DNA from: Nitrospirota bacterium
GTDB taxonomy: Bacteria; Nitrospirota; Nitrospiria; 2-01-FULL-66-17
Direction: 5' to 3'
Length of the DNA: 64,000 nucleotides
Assembly (NCBI GenBank): GCA_049325335.1
Contig: JBMOMC010000011.1
Location: forward strand, 52,926-116,925
The number at the start of each line of letters is the position of its first letter. The stretch's first letter is position 1. Positions 56,584 to 64,000 of this stretch are shown here, in pieces. The position numbers and the translations under genes were made by a program. The notes below the pieces were generated by a model. It was given only the letters and a program-made list of their open reading frames with translations. It searched no databases and was not told the DNA's origin.

Positions 56584-59500
56584 ATGCCTAAGCGCACCGA
56601 CATTCACAAGATCCTCTTGATTGGCTCCGGGCCGATCGTGATCGGTCAGGCGTGCGAGTTCGATTACTCGGGTTCGCAGGCGTGTAAGGCGTTGCGGGAG
56701 GAAGGGTACGAAGTGGTGTTGGTGAACTCCAACCCCGCCACCATCATGACCGACCCCGAATTGGCGCACCGCACGTACATCGAACCCATCACGCCCGACG
56801 TGGTCGAACGCATCATTGAACGCGAGCGGCCCGACGCGCTGCTGCCTACCATGGGCGGGCAAACCGCACTCAACGTGTCGGTGGCGTTGGTTGAGCGCGG
56901 CGTGTTGGAGAAATACCGAGTCAAATTGATCGGCGCGCAGTACGAGGCCATCAAGAAAGCCGAAGATCGCGAGCGTTTCAAACAAGCCGTTCGCCGGGTA
57001 GGGCTCAAGGTCCCGGAAAGCGGCACCGTCTCGTCGGTGGAAGAGGCCATGAGCGTGATCGAGCGCGTGGGATTTCCCACCATCATTCGGCCGTCGTTCA
57101 CGCTGGGCGGGGCGGGCGGATCGGTCGCGTACAACCGGGAGGAGTTCACGCGCGCGGTGGAGTGGGGGCTGGACGCGAGCCCGACTCACCAGATTCTGGT
57201 GGAACAGTCCGTGCTGGGGTGGAAAGAGTTCGAGTTGGAGGTGATGCGCGACCTGCGCGACAATGTCGTGATCATCTGCTCGATCGAGAATATCGATCCG
57301 ATGGGCGTGCACACCGGGGACAGCATCACCGTGGCTCCGGCCATGACGTTGACGGACAAGGAATACCAGGCGATGCGTGATGCCGCGATCGCGATCATCC
57401 GCGAGATCGGCGTAGAGACGGGCGGCTCGAATATCCAATTCGCGGTGAACCCTGATAACGGCGACATGGTCGTGATCGAAATGAACCCGCGGGTGTCGCG
57501 CAGCTCCGCGCTGGCGTCGAAGGCCACCGGGTTCCCGATCGCCAAAATCGCGGCCAAACTCGCGGTAGGATACACGCTCGACGAGTTGCCAAACGACATC
57601 ACACGGCAGACCCGCGCCGCGTTCGAACCCACCATCGACTACGTGGTGGTCAAGATTCCGCGGTTTACCTTTGAGAAGTTTCCGCAGGCCGACGCCACGT
57701 TGACCACCCAGATGAAGTCGGTCGGGGAAGCCATGTCGATCGGCCGGACGTTCAAGGAAGCGCTGCACAAGGCCATCCGTTCGTTGGAAATCGACCGCTT
57801 CGGGTTGGAGTCCGCGATTCGACTGTCCGGCAGTGTGCCGGCCGAAGGTGAACGCGAACGGGTGATCGAGAAGCTGCGGGCGCCGAACTGGGAACGATTG
57901 TGGTATGTGGCGGACGCATTGCGCCTAGGGATGACCGTGCAGGAGGTGTCGACGATCACGAGGATGGACCCCTGGTTTCTTCACCAGATCGCCGAACTCG
58001 TGCAGGCGGAGGACGACCTGCGCGCGCGACGCGCCCAATTGATCGCCGACGGGATCAGGCCGGACGCGGAGAACATGCTACCGCGTGAAGTGTTGGCCGA
58101 GGCCAAGGCGATGGGATTTTCCGACCACGCATTGGGCCGACTGGTGGGGTCGGGTGAGGACTCGGTGCGCGCGCTGCGCGAACGAGCCGGGATTCGCCCG
58201 GTGTACAAACGCGTGGACACGTGCGGCGCGGAGTTCGTGGCGCACACCCCGTACCTCTACTCCACCTACGAGCCCGAGTGCGAATCGCAACCCACGGATC
58301 GTAAGAAGGTGATGATCCTGGGTGGCGGCCCGAATCGAATCGGGCAGGGGATCGAATTCGACTATTGTTGCGTCCACGCGTCGTACGCTTTACGCGACAT
58401 GGGCTACGAAACGATCATGGTCAACTGCAACCCGGAGACGGTCAGCACCGACTACGACACGTCGGACCGGCTCTACTTCGAGCCGCTCACGCTCGAAGAC
58501 GTGTTGCACATCATTCAGGTGGAACGTCCGTTGGGCGTGGTGGTACAGTTCGGCGGGCAGACCCCGCTGAAGCTGGCGGTGCCGCTCGCGCGCGCCGGTG
58601 TTCCGATCCTGGGCACCTCGCCGGACGCGATCGACCGCGCCGAAGATCGCGAACGGTTCCGCGAACTGCTGGTGCAACTCACCCTGCGGCAACCCGAAAG
58701 CGGAACCGCGCGCACGCCCGGCGAGGCGTTGGCCATCGCGGCGAGGATCGGATACCCGGTCATGGTCAGACCCTCGTACGTGCTGGGCGGACGCGCCATG
58801 GCGATCGTGTACGATGAGGCGAGCCTGAACGCGTATCTGGCCGCGAACCTGCCCGCGAACCTGGCCACCGGCGTGTTGATCGATCAGTTCATCGACGATG
58901 CGGTGGAAATCGACGTGGACGCGGTGTCGGACGGCGAAACCGTGCTGGTCGCGGGCGTGATGGAGCACATCGAAGAAGCGGGGATCCATTCGGGCGACAG
59001 CGCGTGTTCGCTGCCCCCGTACTCGCTACCGGCTGAAACATTGGCCGAGATCGAGCGGCAGACGGTACAACTCGCGAAGGCGTTGGGCGTGATCGGCCTG
59101 ATGAATATCCAGTTTGCGGTCAAAGGCCGAGACGTATACATCTTGGAAGTGAATCCGCGCGCCTCGCGCACCGCGCCGTTTGTCAGCAAGACGCTGGGCG
59201 TGCCGTTGGCCAAGTGGGCCATGAAGGTGATGATGGGCCGCACACTCTCGGAGCTGGGCCCCGCGCCGAAGCCCACGTCGTACACCGCGGTCAAGGAAGC
59301 GGTGTTTCCGTTCAACCGGTTCCCGGGCGTGGACACGCTGCTGGGACCGGAAATGAAATCCACCGGCGAGGTGATGGGGATCGACCGGGACTTCGGCCGC
59401 GCGTTCGCCAAAGCGCAGGCCGCGGCCGGTGGCGCCTTGCCCGAGTCGGGCACCGTGTTTCTGAGCGTGCGCGATCGCGACAAGGACGCGTTGGTGCCGA

Positions 59501-59871
59501 TCGCGCGGTCGTTGGCCTCGCTCGGTTTCCGCCTCATCGCGACCACGGGCACCGCGTCCGTGCTCAAGACTGCGGGGATCGAGGTGCACACGGTGTTGAA
59601 GGTGCACGAAGGGCGGCCGCATATCGTGGATCACCTCAAAAACCGCGAGGTGCAACTGGTGATCAACACGGTGGGCGATCAGGCCTCGCAGCGCGACTCT
59701 GCGTCCATCCGCAGGACCACGTTGGTGTCCGGCATTCCGTACATCACGACCATCGCGGGCGCGAGGGCCGCGGCGGCCGCGATGCAGGCCCGTCCGCGCG
59801 GCGCGGTGGACGTTCGTTCGGTGCAGGAGTATTACCAGGAAACTCGAAACCTCGGCTCACGATCACGGTAG
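56584..59871 (+). CDS. carB: Carbamoyl-phosphate synthase large subunit
   Basis: [23 protein letters not shown]; duplicated ATP-grasp domains; GPEMKSTGE. Confidence 0.99.
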   Translation: MPKRTDIHKILLIGSGPIVIGQACEFDYSGSQACKALREEGYEVVLVNSNPATIMTDPELAHRTYIEPITPDVVERIIERERPDALLPTMGGQTALNVSVALVERGVLEKYRVKLIGAQYEAIKKAEDRERFKQAVRRVGLKVPESGTVSSVEEAMSVIERVGFPTIIRPSFTLGGAGGSVAYNREEFTRAVEWGLDASPTHQILVEQSVLGWKEFELEVMRDLRDNVVIICSIENIDPMGVHTGDSITVAPAMTLTDKEYQAMRDAAIAIIREIGVETGGSNIQFAVNPDNGDMVVIEMNPRVSRSSALASKATGFPIAKIAAKLAVGYTLDELPNDITRQTRAAFEPTIDYVVVKIPRFTFEKFPQADATLTTQMKSVGEAMSIGRTFKEALHKAIRSLEIDRFGLESAIRLSGSVPAEGERERVIEKLRAPNWERLWYVADALRLGMTVQEVSTITRMDPWFLHQIAELVQAEDDLRARRAQLIADGIRPDAENMLPREVLAEAKAMGFSDHALGRLVGSGEDSVRALRERAGIRPVYKRVDTCGAEFVAHTPYLYSTYEPECESQPTDRKKVMILGGGPNRIGQGIEFDYCCVHASYALRDMGYETIMVNCNPETVSTDYDTSDRLYFEPLTLEDVLHIIQVERPLGVVVQFGGQTPLKLAVPLARAGVPILGTSPDAIDRAEDRERFRELLVQLTLRQPESGTARTPGEALAIAARIGYPVMVRPSYVLGGRAMAIVYDEASLNAYLAANLPANLATGVLIDQFIDDAVEIDVDAVSDGETVLVAGVMEHIEEAGIHSGDSACSLPPYSLPAETLAEIERQTVQLAKALGVIGLMNIQFAVKGRDVYILEVNPRASRTAPFVSKTLGVPLAKWAMKVMMGRTLSELGPAPKPTSYTAVKEAVFPFNRFPGVDTLLGPEMKSTGEVMGIDRDFGRAFAKAQAAAGGALPESGTVFLSVRDRDKDALVPIARSLASLGFRLIATTGTASVLKTAGIEVHTVLKVHEGRPHIVDHLKNREVQLVINTVGDQASQRDSASIRRTTLVSGIPYITTIAGARAAAAAMQARPRGAVDVRSVQEYYQETRNLGSRSR

Positions 59872-59881
59872 GGGAACGACG

Positions 59882-60358
59882 ATGGCGAAAATTCCGATGA
59901 CCCCTCGCGGGTATCAAATGCTCAAGGACGAATTGGACCGGCTCAAACGCGTCGAGCGTCCGAAGAACATTCAAGATATCGCGGAAGCCCGGGCGCACGG
60001 CGACCTGAGCGAGAACGCGGAATACGCCGCAGCCAAAGAACGCCAGTCGTTTATCGAGGGGCGAACGCGGGAAATCGAAACGCAGATCGCGGACGCGGAG
60101 GTGATCGACACCACCAACATGTCCGCGGACAAGGTGGTATTCGGCGCCACCGTGGTCATGGAAGACACCGAATCCGGGGACAAGAAGCAAGTCACGATCG
60201 TGGGGCAACATGAGATCGACCTGAAAGGCGGGCGCATTTCGGCCCACTCGCCGGTCGGCAAGGCGCTCATCGGACACCGCGTGGGCGATCTCGTGACGAT
60301 CGTGGCGCCTGCCAAAACGAGCGAGTATCAAGTGCTTGAAATTCGCTTCGATCCGTAG
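59882..60358 (+). CDS. greA: Transcription elongation factor GreA
   Basis: ARAHGDLSENAEY and SPVGKALIG motifs. Confidence 0.97.
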   Translation: MAKIPMTPRGYQMLKDELDRLKRVERPKNIQDIAEARAHGDLSENAEYAAAKERQSFIEGRTREIETQIADAEVIDTTNMSADKVVFGATVVMEDTESGDKKQVTIVGQHEIDLKGGRISAHSPVGKALIGHRVGDLVTIVAPAKTSEYQVLEIRFDP

Positions 60359-60608
60359 CAATTCCACGATGGATTGGCCGCAACTCAGGATCGGGTTGCA
60401 CCTCGCGCTCGGCTCGCGCCGCTTCGGCGTGAACGGCCGTTTGCGCGAGCCGTTCGATTCGCTGATGGCCAAACCATTGTTCGGGTTTGGATGGAGCCTG
60501 CTCTTCCGGCCGTGGGCATGGTCCGCCGCGTGGCGGGTGATCCGTTTGCGGATGGACATTGCGGGCTGGACGTGACTTCCGCGATCGGATGACCGGCCTT
60601 TGGGCGTC

Positions 60609-61547
60609 ATGAGCAATGCGTCTCCCAATCTGACCGTCAATCTCGGCGACGGGCTCGTCCTCAAAAATCCCATCATCGCCTCGTCGGGCACATTCGGTTA
60701 CGGGGAAGAGTACGCCGGGGTGTTGGACTTGAACCGTCTCGGCGCCGTCGTGGTCAAGGGACTGTCGGTCGAACCCAAAACCGGGAATCCGGTTCCGCGG
60801 TTGGTGGAGACGCCGTCCGGGTTGCTCAACGCAATCGGCCTCGCCAACGTGGGGATCGAGGCATTCCTCTCGGAGAAGTTGCCGTTTCTGCGGCGATTCG
60901 ACGTCAAGGTCATCGTAAACATTTTCGGCGGAACGATCGAGGAGTTCGAGCGTCTGACGGATCGACTATCCGACGCCGAGGGCGTACACGCGATCGAGGT
61001 CAATGTTTCGTGCCCGAACGTCAAACAAGGCGGCATGAGCTTCGGGCAATCGGCGACCGGCGTGTTCGAAGTGGTGCGCGCGGTGCGCCGAAAGACCCGT
61101 GTGCCGCTGATCGTGAAGCTCTCTCCAAACGTGACTGACGTGACGGAGATGGCCAAGGCCGCGCACGCGGCGGGCGCGAGCGCGCTCTCGTTGATCAACA
61201 CGGTACTGGGTATGGCGATCGACGTGGACACACGGCGTCCCAAACTCGCCTCGTGGACCGGCGGCCTGTCCGGGCCCGCGATCCGTCCGATCGCGGTGCG
61301 GATGGTATGGGAAACGTCCCGGGCGGTGCCGATTCCGATCATCGGGATGGGGGGCGTGACGTGCGGGGAGGACGCGGTGGAGTTCCTGCTGGCCGGCGCT
61401 TCGGCCGTGGCCGTGGGGACCGCGAACTTCATGAACCCTCGGTCCACCGTCGAGATTTTGGACGGTCTCACCCGGTATATGGCCCGCCACGGCATTCACG
61501 ACGTCAGGAATCTCGTCGGCGCGATCGACGTCACCGGGCGAGGTTAA
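60609..61547 (+). CDS. pyrD: Dihydroorotate dehydrogenase, family 1 (1B-type) catalytic subunit
   Basis: SGTFGYG, NAIGLAN, NVSCPN, VKLSPNV and GGLSGPAI motifs. Confidence 0.95.
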   Translation: MSNASPNLTVNLGDGLVLKNPIIASSGTFGYGEEYAGVLDLNRLGAVVVKGLSVEPKTGNPVPRLVETPSGLLNAIGLANVGIEAFLSEKLPFLRRFDVKVIVNIFGGTIEEFERLTDRLSDAEGVHAIEVNVSCPNVKQGGMSFGQSATGVFEVVRAVRRKTRVPLIVKLSPNVTDVTEMAKAAHAAGASALSLINTVLGMAIDVDTRRPKLASWTGGLSGPAIRPIAVRMVWETSRAVPIPIIGMGGVTCGEDAVEFLLAGASAVAVGTANFMNPRSTVEILDGLTRYMARHGIHDVRNLVGAIDVTGRG

Positions 61548-61548
61548 C

Positions 61549-62337
61549 GTGGCGATCGTCACGTTAACCTCGGATTTTGGCCTGAGTGATCCCTGGGTCG
61601 GCAGCCTCAAAGGCGTGATCCTCTCCGTTGCGCCGGATGCCGTGCTGGTGGACCTGACCCACGAGATCCCGCGGCACGCGGTGGCCGCCGCGTCCTACGT
61701 CGTGTCTTCGGTATCCCGCCATTTCCCGCCCGGCACGGTCCACCTGGTGGTGGTGGACCCCGGCGTAGGCGGCGCCCGACGCCCGCTTGCGTGCACGGCG
61801 GGCGGGGCGATGTTCGTGGGGCCCGATAACGGGGTGTTCGACCGCGTGTTGGGCCGAAATCCCGATGCGCGATGCGTGGAGATCGCCGACCCGCGTGTCA
61901 TGCGCGCGGCACCGTCCAAGAGCCCCACATTTCAGGGGCGCGACGTGTTCGCCCCGGCCGCCGCGTGGTTGGCGCGAGGCACGCGTGTGGAAGCGCTCGG
62001 GCCGTTGGTGACCGATCCGGTCCGGCTTTTCGTTCCTGAGGCGCGCGGCCACGCCTTATCGTGGGACGGCGCGGTGGTATGGGTCGATGGGTTCGGCAAT
62101 CTGATCAGTAATATCGAAATTCCTCGCGGAACCGTAGTCACCACGGTGCGCGTGGCGGGCCGGGAGCTTCCCGTGGTGACCCACTACGCGGAAGGACCGC
62201 CGGGTCGGGCCGCCGCGCTCGTCAACAGCGACGGCCTGGTTGAGATTTTCGTGAATCGCGGCGAGGCGTCCACCATGCTCGGGGTCTCACCGGGCGAACC
62301 GGTCACGGCCGCGATCGCGGTGCGCGATCATACGTAG
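61549..62337 (+). CDS. SAM hydroxide adenosyltransferase / chlorinase-fluorinase family protein (DUF62)
   Basis: LTSDFG, VVVDPGVG, GPDNG, TFQGRDVF and DGFGN motifs. Confidence 0.92.
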   Translation: MAIVTLTSDFGLSDPWVGSLKGVILSVAPDAVLVDLTHEIPRHAVAAASYVVSSVSRHFPPGTVHLVVVDPGVGGARRPLACTAGGAMFVGPDNGVFDRVLGRNPDARCVEIADPRVMRAAPSKSPTFQGRDVFAPAAAWLARGTRVEALGPLVTDPVRLFVPEARGHALSWDGAVVWVDGFGNLISNIEIPRGTVVTTVRVAGRELPVVTHYAEGPPGRAAALVNSDGLVEIFVNRGEASTMLGVSPGEPVTAAIAVRDHT

Positions 62338-63716
62338 GCGACTTCGATCGTTCCGCGCCGTTCTTCGGACGGAGGACGAACCGCCACGTAGCAGTCTCCA
62401 GACCGCACCAGTCCGGAGTCGTTCGCCGCGTTGATTCCCCGTCGAAACCATTCGGGATTGTCATCCGCGGCGTGGATGAGCGGCGTCACGCCCCAAACCA
62501 GGGACAGACGGGCGGCGACCCGGCGATCGCTGGTCGGCGCCAAGATCGCCTGACGCGGCCGGTAGGCGGCTACGTGAATCGGCTCGGTTCCGTCTCCGGC
62601 CGGGACCACAATCACGTCGGCATGGATGTCCTCGGCGAGCGCGCAGGCCGCGCGCGACATGGCTTGAGCCACTCCGCCGACTTCACGCCGCAAGAAGCGG
62701 GGGCGATCCATTTCGCGTTCAGCGCGTTCGGCGATGCGCGCCATGGTGGCGACCGCTTGCACCGGATATTTCCCGATCGCGGTCTCTTCCGAGAGCATCA
62801 ACGCGTCCGTGCCGTCGAGAACCGCGGCGGCTACGTCCGTGGCCTCGGCCCGCGTGGGCCGCGGGGAGGCCACCATGGACTCGAGCATTTGCGTGGCGGT
62901 AATGACCGGAATCCCACAGCTCAATGCGCGTGTAATCACGGTTTTTTGATGGAAGGGGACGTCCTCCAGGGCGGTTTCCACGCCGAGGTCGCCGCGCGCA
63001 ACCATGACGCCGTCGGATTCACTCGTGATGGCGGCGATATCATGCATGGCTTCCCTTTGTTCGATCTTAGCGATGAGGGGAATCCGGCGCCCGGCCCGGT
63101 CCATCCACGATCTGGCGGTGCGGATATCTCCAACGTGGCGAACGAAGGAGAGCGCGATCCAGTCAAGCCGCTGCTCAACCGCCCCGAGAAGGTCATCGCG
63201 GTCTTTGGCGGTCAACGCCTCAATCGCCAGGCTCCGGCCAGGAATATTGACCCCTTTGTGCGCGCCCAACAAACCTCCGACCACCACCCGGGTGGCGACA
63301 TCCCCGTCGCCGACGCGTTCAACGACCAACTCGATGGTTCCGTCGCTCAGGAGAATCGTGTCTCCTGGTTTCACGGCCTCTGTGAGTTCTGGACAATCCA
63401 CGGACACGGACCGCCAGTCTCCGGGAACGCGGTTCGCGGTCAGAATGAATGGATCTCCCGCGCGTAACATGACGGCCTCGCGGCTCAGCGTCCCGGTGCG
63501 AAGCTTGGGGCCCGCCAAGTCTCCTATGACCGCGACGGTCCGGCCCAACGACTCAGCCACGGCGCGAATCCGCGCGATGCGACCGGATTGTTCTCGGGCG
63601 TCGCCGTGGGAAAAGTTGACCCTGGCCACATCCATGCCGGCAAGGATCATGGCTCGGAGCACGTCCGGGTGGTCGCTGGCTGGTCCGATGGTGCACACGA
63701 TTTTCGTGCGGCGCAT
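62328..63716 (-). CDS. pyk: Pyruvate kinase
   Basis: TKIVCTIGPAS, RVNFSHG, IAKIE, MVARGDLGVE and TATQMLESM motifs. Confidence 0.97.
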   Translation of the reverse strand: MRRTKIVCTIGPASDHPDVLRAMILAGMDVARVNFSHGDAREQSGRIARIRAVAESLGRTVAVIGDLAGPKLRTGTLSREAVMLRAGDPFILTANRVPGDWRSVSVDCPELTEAVKPGDTILLSDGTIELVVERVGDGDVATRVVVGGLLGAHKGVNIPGRSLAIEALTAKDRDDLLGAVEQRLDWIALSFVRHVGDIRTARSWMDRAGRRIPLIAKIEQREAMHDIAAITSESDGVMVARGDLGVETALEDVPFHQKTVITRALSCGIPVITATQMLESMVASPRPTRAEATDVAAAVLDGTDALMLSEETAIGKYPVQAVATMARIAERAEREMDRPRFLRREVGGVAQAMSRAACALAEDIHADVIVVPAGDGTEPIHVAAYRPRQAILAPTSDRRVAARLSLVWGVTPLIHAADDNPEWFRRGINAANDSGLVRSGDCYVAVRPPSEERRGTIEVAYV

Positions 63717-63908
63717 GGAACTCCTTTTCCAGGACGCGTCACCCTTCGTTTCGGGAGCGACCTCTTAATAATAGAGGACTGCAGGTTCAGCGGCCGGATT
63801 CGGGGACAGGACCATCCTGAATTGATCCTGCCAGGCAACGCCCCCTGCGTCAAGGTTTCCTGCGCAGACCATGTGCCCGAAGTATCGAGCCTTTATGTCC
63901 GCATTATA

Positions 63909-64000
63909 TTAGAAGAGGGCTCGCGTGATCCAATACCCCCATGCTTTAGGCGAGTTCATAACCATCACGAAAATATCCTTTAAACCTCGTGCAACCCTAT
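63909..64000 (-). CDS. Possible 3' end of an unidentified gene that extends beyond the window
   Basis: The longest open minus frame from the window end reads RVARGLKDIFVMVMNSPKAWGYWITRALF*; no family recognised. Confidence 0.3.
   Translation of the reverse strand, partial: RVARGLKDIFVMVMNSPKAWGYWITRALF

Noticed and set aside
60369..60592. Small ORFs between greA and pyrD as a pyrK fragment
   Set aside because: No PyrK motifs (RPFS, CGxGxCxxC) in the plus-strand ORFs given for this gap

Overview
High-GC bacterial chromosomal segment. It is probably from the phylum Nitrospirota; this is inferred from PorD/ForD-type delta subunits and a hyf-like cluster that lacks Ni ligands. Content in order: (1) a 13-bp tandem repeat abutting a RelE-like toxin tail and an XRE antitoxin; (2) TrpD/YbiB-like gene and Lhr helicase; (3) an ECF sigma/anti-sigma envelope operon encoding an outer-membrane barrel, a small exported peptide, a helical-repeat protein and a large lipoprotein, with two matching ECF promoter motifs; (4) a ~17 kb energy-metabolism module with a sigma54 promoter, a delta-like subunit, a TPR protein, a two-subunit 2-oxoacid:ferredoxin oxidoreductase, a second delta-like subunit and a 7-gene Ehr (hydrogenase-4-like) membrane complex with three antiporter subunits, plus a divergent NtrBC-type system; (5) an oxidative-stress locus (msrPQ, CDF transporter, ECF sigma, ZAS anti-sigma, DUF2892 protein, RND pump); (6) a signalling cluster (REC-PAS-GGDEF-EAL protein, atypical acyl-CoA-dehydrogenase-like protein, PAS kinase, receiver); (7) tRNA-Arg(CCT), PilZ protein, methyltransferase, GT-C glycosyltransferase and an ABC exporter with no ATPase gene; (8) a PyrR-attenuated pyrR-pyrB-pyrC-carA-carB-greA-pyrD cluster, a DUF62 enzyme and pyk. 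Several REP-like palindromes are present. No CRISPR array, integrase or transposase was seen. All calls come from motif recognition by eye; no database searches were run.
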